From: Octopus bimaculoides
Lineage: Eukaryota
NCBI RefSeq assembly: GCF_001194135.2
Contig: NC_068984.1
Coordinates: forward strand, 104,200,471-104,264,470
Direction of reading: 5' to 3'
DNA length: 64,000 bases
Shown here: piece by piece, positions 24,701-39,785 of the stretch
Position numbering within the stretch: position 1 is the first letter of the stretch
Layout of the letters: the number at the start of each line of letters is the position of its first letter
Made by a program: the position numbers and the translations under genes
The notes under the pieces: model-generated
What the model was told of the DNA's origin: nothing
The model's database searches: none
Seen by the model: only the letters and a program-made list of their open reading frames with translations

Positions 24701-27345
24701 TGCAACTTCACAGTGTTTAACAACATACATTGTCATACTGATTATATATATGTATATAAACACTGAAAATGTGCAGAAAACAACTTCTGCCACATTCCAG
24801 GGAGAAAAACTAGATGTAGTTGATAGCTTCCGCTATCTAGTTGACCAAGTTAGTAGTGGGTGAGGGTGCACTGAATGTGTAGCTGCTAGAATAAGAATAG
24901 CCTGGGCAAAGTTCAGAGAGCTCTTACCTCTGCTGGTGACAAGGGGCCTCTCACTCAGGGTAAAAGGCAGACTGTATGACACATGTGTACGAACAGTCAT
25001 GCTCCATGGCAGTGAAACATGGGGTGTGGCTGCTGAGGATATGTGTAAGCTCACAAGGAATGAAGCCAGTATGCTCCGATGAATGTGTAATGTCAGTGTG
25101 CATACTCGACAGAGTGTAAGTACCTTGAGAGAAAAGTTGAACCTAAGAAGCATCAGTTGTGTGCAAGAGAGACAATTGTGCTGGTATGGTCATGTGGTGA
25201 GAATGGATGAGGATAGCTGTGTGAAAATGTGCCACACCCTAGCGGTTGAGGGAACCTGTGGAAGAGGTAGACCCAGGAAGACCTGGGATGAGGTGGTGAA
25301 GCACGACCTTCGAACATTAGACCTCACCGAGGTAATGACTTGTGACCGAGACCTTTGGAAATATGCTGTATGTGAGAAGACTCGGCAAGCCAAGTGAGAC
25401 CATAATCCAAGGCCTCTGCGAGGTTGTTGCCAGTGCCACCGGACTGGCTCCTGTGCAGGTGGCACTTAAAATACACCGTTTTGAGTGTGGCCGTTGCCAG
25501 TACCGCCTGACTGGCCTTCGTGCCGGTGGCACGTAAAAGCACCTACTACACTCTTGGAGTGGTTGGCGTTAGGAAGAGCAGCCAGCCCACTTACGCGTAC
25601 CTTTCCTTCATTGGACACTAAACTCTGCTTGCGAAGACCTGTTGAGGCAAGTGAAATCGAAATCGAACTAAATTCGACGACTGGCACCCATGCCAACGTC
25701 TCCTTCATTGGACACTAAACTCTGCTTGCGAAGACCTGTTGGGGCAAGTGAAAGTGAAATCGTGATGGCACCTGTACCAGTGGAGCACTAAGAGCACCGT
25801 CTGAGCGTGAGAGCAGCTGTCTGGCTTCCGTGCCGGTGGTATGTAAATAGCACCATTTGAGCNNNNNNNNNNNNNNNNNNNNNNNNNNNNNNNNNNNNNN
25901 NNNNNNNNNNNNNNNNNNNNNNNNNNNNNNNNNNNNNNNNNNNNNNNNNNNNNNNNNNNNNNNNNNNNNNNNNNNNNNNNNNNNNNNNNNNNNNNNNNNN
26001 NNNNNNNNNNNNNNNNNNNNNNNNNNNNNNNNNNNNNNNNNNNNNNNNNNNNNNNNNNNNNNNNNNNNNNNNNNNNNNNNNNNNNNNNNNNNNNNNNNNN
26101 NNNNNNNNNNNNNNNNNNNNNNNNNNNNNNNNNNNNNNNNNNNNNNNNNNNNNNNNNNNNNNNNNNNNNNNNNNNNNNNNNNNNNNNNNNNNNNNNNNNN
26201 NNNNNNNNNNNNNNNNNNNNNNNNNNNNNNNNNNNNNTTAAAATACACCGTTTTGAGTGTGGCCGTTGCCAGTACCGCCTGACTGGCCTTCGTGCCGGTG
26301 GCACGTAAAAGCACCTACTACACTCTTGGAGTGGTTGGCGTTAGGAAGAGCAGCCAGCCCACTTACGCGTACCTTTCCTTCATTGGACACTAAACTCTGC
26401 TTGCGAAGACCTGTTGAGGCAAGTGAAATCGAAATCGAACTAAATTCGACGACTGGCACCCATGCCAACGTCTCCTTCATTGGACACTAAACTCTGCTTG
26501 CGAAGACCTGTTGGGGCAAGTGAAAGTGAAATCGTGATGGCACCTGTACCAGTGGAGCACTAAGAGCACCGTCTGAGCGTGAGAGCAGCTGTCTGGCTTC
26601 CGTGCCGGTGGTATGTAAATAGCACCATTTGAGCTTAATCGTTACCAGCATCGCCTTTCTGGCACTTGTGCCGGTGGCACTTGAAAAGACATTTGAGCGA
26701 GGTCGTTGCCAGTGCCGCCGGACTGGCTCCTGTGCAGGTGGCACATAGAATACACCGTTTTGAGTGTGGCCATTGCCAGTACCGCCTGACTGGCCTTCGT
26801 GCCGATGGCACGTAACAGCACCCACTACACTCTTGGAGTGGTTGGCGTTAGGAAGGGCATACAGCTGTAGAAACTCTGCCAAATCAGATTGGAGTCTGCT
26901 GTAGCCATCTGGTTTGCTCGTCCTCAGTCAAATAGTCCAACCCATGCTAGCGTGGAAAGCGGACGTTAAACGACGACGACGACGATGATGATGATTATAT
27001 ATATATATATTTGTTTATATATATTTATCGTCCTCTAAANNNNNNNNNNNNNNNNNNNNNNNNNNNNNNNNNNNNNNNNNNNNNNNNNNNNNNNNNNNNN
27101 NNNNNNNNNNNNNNNNNNNNNNNNNNNNNNNNNNNNNNNNNNNNNNNNNNNNNNNNNNNNNNNNNNNNNNNNNNNNNNNNNNNNNNNNNNNNNNNNNNNN
27201 NNNNNNNNNNNNNNNNNNNNNNNNNNNNNNNNNNNNNNNNNNNNNNNNNNNNNNNNNNNNNNNNNNNNNNNNNNNNNNNNNNNNNNNNNNNNNNNNNNNN
27301 NNNNNNNNNNNNNNNNNNNNNNNNNACACACTCTCTCTCTCTCTA

Positions 27346-27384
<39 letters not shown>

Positions 27385-28655
27385 CTCTCTCTATGATCAG
27401 ATGTGTATAGGTTTGGTAGTACAAACAGGAATACATATATTTTGATTGGCAGAAGTTACAAAGTGACTTAGGCTAGTAGGCTTTTTAACTTCTTTATGAA
27501 ATTGAAAGATTTTTTAATGTCTTTAGCATGGATATGCACAGACTTGATTGGTTCAAGATTTCAACAGAGCTGTAGAGTGTTATGAAGATGTAGCTAGTAT
27601 TAAGAAAGGAGAAAGTACTTGCACTATCTTGTAATCACTCTTAAAAACTGCGTAAAGAAACATGTCTCAAATGACCATCGAATTCCACAAGCTGTTTAAC
27701 AAAAACAGATTAAGATGAGCTATATCTGTATGAAAATTATGTTTAAATATCATCAAGAGCCACATTTTAAAAGCACATCAGCTATAGAGGTTAAGAAAGC
27801 CAACATGTAATTGTCTAGATGTAGACCGTTGCTCTTAAAAGGTAAATACTTAGAGAAAAGCATTGTATTTTGGGCTGATGTCTCTACCATAAATACATGT
27901 TATATAGGACTTAGAAGACATTCTTTCAAAAGTTGCCTGCTTCATCACAACAGTTCTATCATCACTATATGAAAAAAATTTATTTGAAAGCAAAGCAGAT
28001 TTCGATACCACTAGACTAAGTAGAGCCAACCAGCATCTTATAGGAGTATTAGATAAAAAATTTAAGAAGGAATAAAAGTCCTCGTACTTCTGCCTCACAT
28101 TCTACTTCAGTCTTAAAAAAAAAAAATAGATGAACTAATTTTGACTAACTGACACTCCCACTAAATTCCTCCTTGATAATTTCAAAGAAGGTCCCCTCCT
28201 TGATGCATGATAGAAAGCAACTAAGATCTGTTCCACTTACATTGCCTACAGTCATTTTGTCACATTCAAAATTGCTAAGTGAGGTCAACTGACTGAATGA
28301 AATTGCAGTTTAGGTTATGTAATCCCTTGTGGTTCCAAAAGTGGGTGGTACTGCCCCTCTGAGGGAAGTAGAAAGATCCAGGGGCCCGCTGGAAAAAAAT
28401 GGGGTGGCCAAAAGGGGGGCAGTGGATGTAAAAACAACAAAATGATTGGTTAATTAATTTAAGTTTTATTTGTGAAATGCAGTTGTTTTGAATTTGATGC
28501 AGAAATTCGTCTTTGTGGTGTTGAGTGGGGAGGGGGTGGACTAGGAATGTGGTCCGGGTGCCAAGGGAGTGGCAGTCCCCAAAAGTTTGGGAACCACTGC
28601 TGTGCACAAAGTTCCATTGAGTACTTTTGTGTTTTTGTACCACAACATAAATTAA

Positions 28656-28689
<34 letters not shown>

Positions 28690-31600
28690 GTAAGATCCAG
28701 GGATCAAGGTGTAGGAAGAAAGCTAGCTTCAAGCAATTCGTAGTAAATATAGAAAACAACTTTCGAGGACAATAGTGGTTGTGGATTTTTTTTCATATTG
28801 AAGAATGATAAGCAGAAAGAGAAGTTCTTTCTATATTCCACGGTAGGCGACTAGGGTTGCCTGATGTGTGAATAAGAATATAAGAGTTACAGAATGGAGG
28901 AGGGAAGATCCAGGCTACATATGTTTCATAGTTGGTGGAACCTCAGAAGTAGTAAAAATTAATATATCCTTGGCCTGAAGAGTAGCCAGCAGTATACACC
29001 TTGCTTGGATTTTTACCATTTCTGAGGTTCCGCCTCCTATGAAACATATGTAGCCCGGATCTTACCTACTCCATTCCGTAACTCTTGTGTGTGTGTATGC
29101 AGGTATGGCTGTGTGGTAAGAAGCTTACTTCCCAAGCATATCACCTTGGGCAAGTGTCTTCTACTATAGCCCCAAACCAACTGAAGTCTTGTGACAGAAA
29201 CTGAAAGAAGCCTGTCATTGATATATACACATACATACATATATAACAAGTAAAAGAAGAAAGGAAAGATAGAAGGTACATATATATATATATATATGCA
29301 TGTGCAAGTGTGAAGACACACATCAATATCTAGTTTTATGTTTCTTTGAATTGAGACATTGTTAAAATGTAGCTTAATATTGCAGAATTTCACAGCCAAA
29401 ATTGCACAGAAAAAGTATGAACCACTCTTGTTGCTTGGCTGTTCCCCAAAATTTGAAGTTCCTTACAAGGCATCTTGTTTTATTATTATGCACAAAAGAA
29501 AGAAATTGGGTAGTTTATTTTTACATTCTAGAGGGTTTCTGATTTTTTCACTTGTGCAGCAATTTTTTCAAGTTTTGAACTGAAGTAATTTAAGAAAGCA
29601 AATATTAATTCAGAAATCTGGTGAAATTATAGCATCATGCAAGCAATGAAAGATATTAAAGATGCTTAGGAAGAAGTTAAACCTACATATTTTATTGGGG
29701 TCTGGACAAAATTGTGTCTGAATGTAGACCATAGGATAGAAGATAAAAGTGTCAATCAACAATAACTTTGTGTAAATGGCATAGGAAGTGGGATTTGAAG
29801 AAGTTGATGCAGGTAACATTCAGGATTTAGTGCATGCTGATAACAATACTTACACCTATGAAGACCTTGAAAGGTTTATAGGCCTGCAAGTTCTAGCTCA
29901 GATACTAAAGAAGAAACTCCTCCACAACTTCTTTTAACAACAGATTTTATCTAAAAGTCTTTGTGAAATAACTTGTGTTTAAGAGTGTCTTTTAGAATAT
30001 GATTTGTTTTAAATGAAAAATAAAAGGATTTGTATTTGTAGCACTGAATTGTTGTAAGGAAGTATTGTTATATAGGAAGAATGCAAAGCATTCAACCTTC
30101 AATACCTTGTTTTTTTATAAAAATAAAAATTTATCAGAACCAGTAGTAGCATATTCTTTATTGTTTTGTATTTTTATTTGTTGCATAAATAAAAGAAAGT
30201 ATATTTTCTTCATTAAATTATAATTTTGTTGGAAGGATATTGTCTAAATATGTCATTTTAGGTTTAGTGTATTTGAAATATATGTGTATATGTGTTTAGT
30301 GTATTTGAAATATATGTGAGCTTATTTGCTTCAATAATTGAAAGTATTTATTTGCATAAGAATTATGTGTTACTATTCTCTGGTAACAAATTTCCTACTT
30401 ATGAAATAAGTGTGGGACATTAATTCTGTTAATTGAGGTAATGATGTGTGTTTATGTGTACACATACAAACACTAATTTTAATAAATTTAGCTTTCATCT
30501 GTTGGCACTCAACTAATGCTTGCTTATTTATTGTTTTATTTTATTTTTAGTTGGAGTGGATAGTTCAAGTAATGGTTATAACAACAATAGAATTAACCAG
30601 CGTATCCATAGCAACATAATGGACAACCAAGATTTAGCAAAACTGGACTTTATTGATAATGCCCAACCACTTGGAGGTAGTTTTACCCACTCCTACAGGT
30701 GAAAATATATTTATCCTTTTCATATTTTTTTTCTGTTTTAAATTCATATTGATATTGCTTTTCCTTTTAAAAAATTCATTGTCTTTTACCAATTTTGAAT
30801 TCTTATCCTTGTCTCCAAAACATTTCTACTGTCCAGACTATACTTCATATTCTAACTTTTGTCTGTGTAGAATCTCTATCTTTATTTTCCATCCATTTCA
30901 TTAGGCTGATTCAAGTACTCACTGCCCCAGTCTTAGAAATTCATGAAATCTCTATTTCTCCAATCACCAGCTGTTTGACTACCTTTCATCCTGTATTGAG
31001 AATATATCTACTAATTTTTTTTCTTTTGAAATTATCCTTGATGAGTTCAGTATGTGCTAATCCTCTTGGCCTAAAATAAATTCTCTCATTCTGCCACATT
31101 GTAGAGGCTTACTCCATTTTCTATCCTCAACTGTTTGTACCAGTTGGTCTCTTCACTTACTAGTATCCTCAACTGAGACAATCATTATCATTACCACCTA
31201 CCATCTAGTCATTTCCTAAGTTGTAATGGGTCGGATGGTTTGACATTCAACCCATGCCAGCTCGACATGGGTCAAACTACTCTGACAGGTCAGAGTACTA
31301 TGACTTTCTCTAATATCTTAGTTTCTACTATTGAATGCTCTTCCTAACATCAATATCTTTACAGAGTATACTGGGTGCATTTTTTGTTGCACTAGCACTA
31401 TAGAGGTTGCCTTATTGTCAGCAGGACTAAAGAGTCTTCTGAAGTCTTACATTGCTTTTTGCTTGATTTTATTTACCAGCCATTTACAGAATGTACTGGG
31501 TGCTTTTTGTGGCACCAGCTTTAATGGAGTCATCTTGTAGATTGCAAAGCAAAGGATCCCCTTGATGGATGAAAGAATCCCCATTGGTCATTATCATCAA

Positions 31601-34600
31601 TTGTATCTGTGTTGAACATACTTTATCACCAAACATTCTTCAAAGATCTTTTACCATTTTCTAATCTCCAAACATAGCCTTTCCTCTGTGTACACATTTT
31701 CTGCTCCTTCAGATCATTTAATCACTGCTTAATTAAGGGAACCCATTCCATTATTCTGCTGCACAACAATTCCAGCCTCTGTTCAAACTGTTAGGGATTT
31801 CAAACCTGCTAACTGGTTGGAATTCTGCCATTTTGTTACTGTCTCCCCTTGATAAAAAGTATAGGTGACTGATACCATTCACTTAGATATACATTCCGAC
31901 ACTTCTCACAGCCAAAGTTTACCACCCCTAAATCACTAAGTGAGCCACTCATAGCAATGTTGCACCAATACAGGTGAGGGATATGGTTTCAATACTTGGA
32001 GTAAGTTATCCATATGCTGCAAGATGGCTCTCAGAAGATCAAGTGATGTTTTCATTGATTGCATGGTGTGAAAACTCGCAAGCTTCTCAAATTTCAGCTA
32101 GATCTCTCGTTAAGGAATTTTTTACTAATTTTCCAGAAGCCTCCTCCTATTACTCATTAATTGAGACGACTTTGTAAGTAGCTCTTTTGCAGATAAAGCT
32201 GTTGGTAATTCACAGAGCAAAATTCTTATTGAATTTTATTGCTTGACCTTACCACCATGAACCTACAGTTACTAAGTGTATGCAGTATAATTGCTCTTAA
32301 CAGTATTCCTTTCATTAAACACTCATTCTGCACCTTGTTGGATCCTAACATCACCATACTCTTCACTATGTCCCACTGTACCCCGTACTCTGAGAATGCA
32401 AAACAATATCTCATTTCCAATCTCAAAATAGAACTCATAACCAAGCTGGAAGAGAACTGTTAATCAATAGCATTGTATCTCAACATCCAGGATGTGCTAG
32501 AACATCTTTTGTCGAAATGTAGAATTAAAACATTCCCTCTTTTGTAAAGAAATAAAATTCCTAATGAACTATTAAGATTTAAATTTAGTAATAATATATT
32601 ACTATAACTCTAATCTAAAATCAAATTTGTCTATATTGTAAAATAATACTGATGCTTCAAATTAAGTCCTACAAGTTGTTTGATAGTTGAAGGACTTCAT
32701 TTTCTGGCAAGTCTTGGTGGAATAATTTTTTGACTATGGCTATTGATTAGTTTCCCCTCTTAAGTAATAGTATTGTTGTGGGAAAAAAATAAGGGCCAGG
32801 AGTGTTCTTGAACTCTGTCAGCAATTAATAAGTTTGATTCTGTAAGTTGATGTTGGGCACTATGACAAATTATGAAGAGAGACAGTATTTACGACTCAGT
32901 AACTTTTCAGACACAGGCAAACATATCATTATTTTCCAGTTGTTTGGCTTCTGCATTAGAGTCACTTTTATATATTTCTCTTATAGCCTGGACCAGAAGA
33001 AATTAGCCAAGTAGGTAGAAGGATACCATTTAGAAAATGGTGTCTTATATAAAAAGTAAAAATAAACCTAGAGGAGTCTTATAGTAGTTAAGAGAGTGAA
33101 TTGAATGAAGTATTCCAAAAAGACCATCTTCCTAATGAGATTTTGGAACAGTACCATCTTCCATATTCTCTGACTGGTTTTTCATATCGTAATGGATAAT
33201 TCTCCTTGTTGTGTTAGAAAATGTCATATTTCCATAGATATGATTTGGGCTTTTTTGTTACTCTGGATAGTGTTGGTAGTTCCAACTTGAGAGAATGGCT
33301 CTTTGGGACATTGGTAATATCAGCACCAAGGAAATTAAGAGGGGAACATCACTATTCATCAACTGCCATTAAAAGAAATTTTTTGTGATATTGACTGTTT
33401 AGGTCTTCCATAGACTGAGTAGCTCTTACAGCATGTTAGTCCATAAGATTGTAAAATTAAGGTTTTATAGTTCAGAGCATATTCTCAGCCATAACAGATT
33501 TTACAAACATCCTTTGTAGAAAATCAAAGATTTTTTTCTTCCGCCATTTCATAATAAAGCAATCTTCTCGTGTCTGAGTAACATGGTTCTTTGTGAATAC
33601 ATTGAAAAAATTTATACTCTAGTTGAACAGAACATTATATTTGAGACAAAATATTAGTACTGACATTCTCTTTTCCATATCAATAGAAAATGTTAAACCT
33701 ATATGTAGTACTGTGGTGCTCTGGCTGTGATATGGCTGTTTCTAATTTCTAGTAGTCTAAGCTTTAGACTTGTCAAAATTATTTTGAAATTAAAGGCAGT
33801 CATTATTAAATTATTCACTGCCTTGAAGTTGCATTCTTTAGCCAGGAGTTTTAAGGCTTGAAGACATTATTTCAGGTGTTCTATAGCTTGTTGCTTGTGA
33901 GTTATGAGTGATGTCTTGCAAAAACCTCATTCATTGGTTTAATGTTGATATCCTTTATGGTAATTTGTGTTCTTTTAAATGTCACAATATGCTAAAGATT
34001 CAAATACTTCTTGTGATATGAAGCTTATGAAGGCATGATGTCTTTTGAGGTCTGGAATACTGGTAAGAAAATCAATGTGTAATCAATGTTTGAATTCGTA
34101 AGAGACAAGGCCAATTGAAAAGGAATTGTGTTGGGTCTTCTGGGATACAAATCTTTGTTCATATTTGATTCATTGAATAAATGGTAATAAAAAGTAATGA
34201 TTAGATTCTTGCACTTGACTTAATTTAACAAATGTCCACAAGTGGACATTTAGCTAAGAGGGACAACTCACACATTACATGATAAGCTATTAATAGAATC
34301 CCAGCAGAAATAGATGTATACAACAAACTCCTTTATCTCTTTCAGGATCTTCCTTTTCAGTGATTATCAGTATACTTTCTGTAGAGCCATGTCGATTTAG
34401 AATTGGTCTCTCTCTTTGATATGTCTGGCATTTGAATCTTCTAGCAATATATCTTCTTGGATTGAAGGTTTTTTAAAAATCATATCCCTCTGTTGCACTG
34501 TAATTCTGTCAACTTTGACATGCAACAGGATTTGGTTATTCTTCATTCTGTTTGTTAATGACTTTTCACTGTTGCTTTTACTTGTAAATACACCCTAGAC

Positions 34601-37247
34601 TAATGATACAGCTTTGTACTTATTCTTAACCATTTTCACAAATGGAGGTCAACTATGTGCAACCTAGATACCTCAAACCAGATTTGCACAGCTTCCATGA
34701 ATAGTAGCAGAGAAAACATCCTCCAACAGTGATATGATGACCTAGTGTCTAACAACAACACAAAAACATAGTCATTACATGTCATGAAATACTCTAGCAC
34801 CACACTCTCCTTATACATTAATAAAACAGTTAAAAATATCAAAATGCTACAACTCAATGCCCAACAGTCTCTGAAGACTTTTTCACAGCAATCGCATACC
34901 TATAATATTGCAAAACTATATTCTAAAGATTCAGTTAGAAAATGCTTCACTCTTGATAATTTACCAATTCTCTACTAATGTTAAGTGTGACCATATAAAC
35001 ATCCTAGATTATTTATATATATAAAAAAGGTATAGATCAGTGGTTCTCCACTGAAAGTCCGTATGACCCTTGGGGACCCATATACAATTTTGTTAAAATT
35101 TGTGAGCAATAAATTGGTTATATTTCTACAGTATACAAAATATTTCAATTTTTTAAATACAATCTTAATATTTAAGTATAAATATACAATGTTTCTTTCA
35201 AACATTGAATGGCTATGAGGGTGCACCTGAATAAAATAGGACTCAAAGGGGTCCATAAGCAAAAAATGGTCGAGTACCACTAGTATACATGGTACCACAT
35301 AAACCTCCTAGATTATATATAAGGTTACTGGCTGATTAGCAAACATTCCCTTTCCAGCATGAGAGATAATATTTTTGAGTTAGTCATTGTAGCTTGTAAC
35401 CCCAAAATTCTTTGTCTCTTCTGCTGACATTATAGTGGTTTCTTAAAACTGTCAAGCTGTGCACCAGTTCTGCTTTGCCCACATGATATATTGACCTTCT
35501 TCTTGTCAGCCATTGTTATTATTACTGTCTTGATTTCACTAGGAATTTCTCTCTGACCATGTTTACCCTAAAGCCTGAGAATTGACAGCATTAATTGATA
35601 TAGGAAAACAACTTGTAAAGATCATGACACTAACTCTCTGCTAACTAAATAATAAGAGAAGTTTCAGGTGTGGAAGCAAGGTCTAGAATTGAAGGGCCTT
35701 AGAGTCAATCTTGTAAAAACCAAAGTCTTAGCAAGTAGGAAAGCAGATAAATCACAAATCCCTTCAGACAGATGGCCTAGCTCGATCTGTAGAAAAGGCA
35801 TAGGTAGAAACTCCATAAGATGTACCCGATGTAAGCAATAAAAACATAAGAGGTGCAGCAATATCAAAGGAAGGTTAACTGGGAAGATAGTTTTTGTGTG
35901 TGGCAGATGCACAGGGGCAATAAACACCGAAGATGTACAGAAAACAGATTCCATCATATGCCAGGGGAAAAACTAGAAGTATTAGATAGCTTCTGTTACC
36001 TAGGTGTCCAAGTCAGCAGTGGCGGGCGGACACTCTGAGAGCATAGTTGCTAGATTAAGAATCGCCTGGGCGAAGATCATAGCTGTGGCCGATGCCAGTG
36101 TCACATAACTGGCCCATTTAAAAGTACCCTTCAATCGTCGGGATGCCTGACTGGTAGCATGTAAAAAGCACCTTTGAGTGTGGCCGATGCTAGGGCTGGT
36201 GGCATGTAAGTACCATCTGAGCATGGTTGATGCCAATGCCACCTGATTGTCTCTTGTGCTTGTCGTGTAAAAAGCACCATTTGAGCGTGGTTGATGCAAG
36301 TGCCGCCTGATTGGCTCCCATGCCAGTCACATAAAAAGCACCATTCGAACATGGTTGATGCCAGTGCCGCCTGACTGACTCCTGTGTCAGTCACATGTAA
36401 AAAGCACCATTCAAGCATGGTTGTTGCCAGTGCTGCCTGACTGGCCCCCATGCTGGTGCACATAAAAAGCACCCATTACACTTTCAGAGTGGTTGGTGTT
36501 TGGAAGGGCATCCATCTGTAGAAACCTTGCCAGGTCAGATTGCAGCCTGGTACAGCCTCCTGGCTTGCCAGTCCTCAGTCAATTTGTCCAATCCATGCCA
36601 GCACGGTAAGTGGACGTTAAATGATGATGTAATTATAAAGTTACAATAAAATAGAAAGTAGTTAAATGATGATGAGTTAGGCAGAAAGCTAGTGATTTTG
36701 AGGAATGGGGGCTAGTTGACACCATTGACCCCTGGTACTGAAAGGTAAACATTTACCTTGGTGGGATTTGAACTTGAAATATATAAAGTCAGTACAAAAA
36801 CTGCATTTCTTCTGATGCTCTGAGGTTCTCAGCTCACCAACTTCTGCTTGCTAAATAATAAAAATGTGTGTTGTTTGATATTAAACCAAAAAGTCTATTG
36901 AAACTTGGTTTCAAAGTATTTATAAACTGGGAATGTTCAAGATGTGTCAAATTAATTTCAAGAAGCCAAGTTGCGACTAATATAAAGTTACAATAAAATA
37001 GAAAGTAGTTTTGTTTTCATGTATGTTTTTTCATGCTAGCATGGATTGGACAAATATGATAGCAAGGCATTATATTGCAGCCAAATACCCTTCCTGTCAC
37101 CAACCCATATGTTTTCAAGGAAGGGTTTCTCATTGCATACTTTTTTGAAGGCATGATCTGAATGAGGGGATGATTTGTTGGCTGAAGAAATGACTTTGCT
37201 CTTCGCTTGTGACTTTATGTATGGCAGATTTGTATAGCTACAACATG

Positions 37248-37281
<34 letters not shown>

Positions 37282-37744
37282 CACAGAGAAAGAGTAATGT
37301 TTGTTTCTGTTTTTGTCTACCAAATCTGCTCAAAGTTTTGGTCAGCCTTGGGGACTGAACCTCGAACCACATGGTTAGAGAGTGAACTTCTTAACCACAC
37401 AGCCATACCTGTATGTACATATGTAAACAAATTGAAGGATACTCGACTGGGAGGGACAGGTCTTGTGTTTTTGCAGCAATAAATATAAGTATTGACTCGT
37501 GCAGTACAATTGTGAAGAATGATCTGGGATATGTCCAAAGTCAATCATCATCTTCATTGTTTTATTGTTCACTTTTCCATGTTTGAATGGGCCAGATGGA
37601 ATTTGTTGAGATAGACAGATACCCTGCCTGTCACCAACTCACACCTGATTCCAAGTAGTGTAATATTTCCTTCTGGTTAGGCATGTTTTCATGAAAGATT
37701 GGTAAGGCTCATTTACGACTACTGTGCAATGTCAGGACTACGAC

Positions 37745-37779
<35 letters not shown>

Positions 37780-38206
37780 TCTTTCAGTTTCTGTCTACCA
37801 AATCCACTCACAAGGGGCTTTGGTTAGCCCAGGGCCATAATAGAGGGCACTTGCTTAAGACACTATGCAGTAGGGTTGAATCTGAGATCATGTGTTCGGG
37901 AAGCAAACTTCTCAACCATGCAGCCATGCCTGTAGTTGTAAATATTGCTCATCACTAAATAATAACAATAAGAGAAACTAATTCTTTTTTTATTTAAAAA
38001 CATTTTTTCAGCACTGAGTGGGAACGATTGTTCGGGAAACCTAACTTTTTGAAGGCTTTGCGGAACCATGGCTTACGTGGAAATTTACGAAGTAGCAGAT
38101 TTCGCAGTATTTGTTGGAAGGTATGTATTTCATAATCTGAAAATAAAAATTTATATATATGCCTTGCAAGCAAAATTAGCAGATAGAAGTTGCATAGAAG
38201 CTTATC

Positions 38207-38241
<35 letters not shown>

Positions 38242-39724
38242 CATCATCTTTTAATGTCCATGTTGGCATGGGTTGTAAGATTTAAGATCTGAAGGGTCAG
38301 AGGACTGCATTGTGCACCAATGTCTGCTTTGGTATGGTTTCTATAGTTGAATTCTCATCTTTAGGCTAGCCACTTTACTGTGTTACTTTTTTTGTGGCAC
38401 CAGTGGTGGTGAGGTGATTACGCTCTGTCTTTTTTAGACACTATAAATATAAACAATATATTTATACTCACCCACTCATAAGTGCCATTATCATGAAAAA
38501 AAAAAACCCATCCAATACACTTTGTAAAAGTAGTTGGTGTTAGAAGAGGGCATCCAGCTGTAGAAAACATATCAAAATAGAGACTGGAGCTCAGCTCAAT
38601 CTTCTGCTCATTTGATCTTGTCAAGTCCTCTAACTCATGCCAGAATGGAAGGCAGACATTATATGATGATGATGACAGCTGAAATGTAAACGCTATATGT
38701 AGTCTACTACAAATAAAAACACAGTATACATGTTTATACTCCTGAAATGTAAACAAAATATATTTATATAAAAAAGGTGACAGTGGTTGCTGTAGCTGTA
38801 AATTTGACTCTTTTCAGTTTTTGATTAAAAAAAAAAAAAGAAAATGAAAATAAAAAGATAGAGCAATGTTAATAAAATTGATGCTTAAGCAAATAAATGC
38901 CGTGACATAATTATTAATATTGAATACCCAGAATTTGTGTGTAAATGGTATTTAATTACTTCCTGCCATTTTTAATTACTAACAAAAGACAATTCCACAA
39001 AATGGAAAGTAAACAGTTAAAAGAAAATCTGCCAGAGTTTTGGATATCTTCAATGAATTTTGTCACAAGATAACAGTTACATCTCTTTTGAACTTGACAT
39101 ACTCAAAATAAAAACAGATAATTAAACTTTACAATAGAAATTAAACAAATTTCAGTGTTGTAAACATTTCCTAATGACTAACAATAAAATTAATGTGATC
39201 TATGGTCCATAAGTAATTGTTTTTACCAGAAATTAACTTTCTTTAATTTTACCTTTACCCTTCAGCATTCAATGTAATGCTTATTTATTCATATTGTTTC
39301 AAATTAATGATGTATTATCCCATAGTTTCCAGATTTTGAAGATGTAATTAATTTTAGAATGACATTGTAGGGTAGGTGTGAGACGCTGGATCTGGCTGGA
39401 TTGAGCATAAAATGAGAAAATGGGTAGAATATTTTGGTTGTATATGGCCGATTTAAATGCTAAAGGGTTAAAGGTGTCATACATTTTGTACTGAAATGCT
39501 TATTTTAAAAATCTTTTTGTATCTGAAATGTTTGTGTGAATTTATTTCTCTTTACCTTTGTTATTTTACTTTTATTCACTGTTAGTAATAACAATTAAAT
39601 TTATCTTGTTAATTAGGCAAGGTCAGCCATCTTTTATACTTGCATTTTTTTTCATCTTGTTATCTAAGAAGAATCAATGAATCCGTTTATATATACACAT
39701 ACTTACAATCAGATTCATTGATTT

Positions 39725-39785
<61 letters not shown>

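Noticed and set aside
25609-25660. Hairpin CTTGC-N14-GCAAG followed by GAAA in the RTE UTR, considered as a hammerhead or SECIS
   Set aside because: No CUGANGA box and no SECIS quartet geometry.
25466-26634. Identical 397-bp blocks (25466-25862 and 26238-26634) on both sides of the N gap, producing duplicated ORFs
   Set aside because: Perfect identity abutting both gap edges is the usual signature of an unmerged contig overlap. Treated as an assembly artefact unless long reads show otherwise.
25398-26900. Regularly spaced repeats superficially like a CRISPR array
   Set aside because: Eukaryotic context, degenerate units without unique spacers, no cas genes. It is a LINE 3' UTR.
31160-34980. 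Possible very old CR1/L2-like LINE remnants
   Set aside because: Too decayed to define boundaries or strand by eye.
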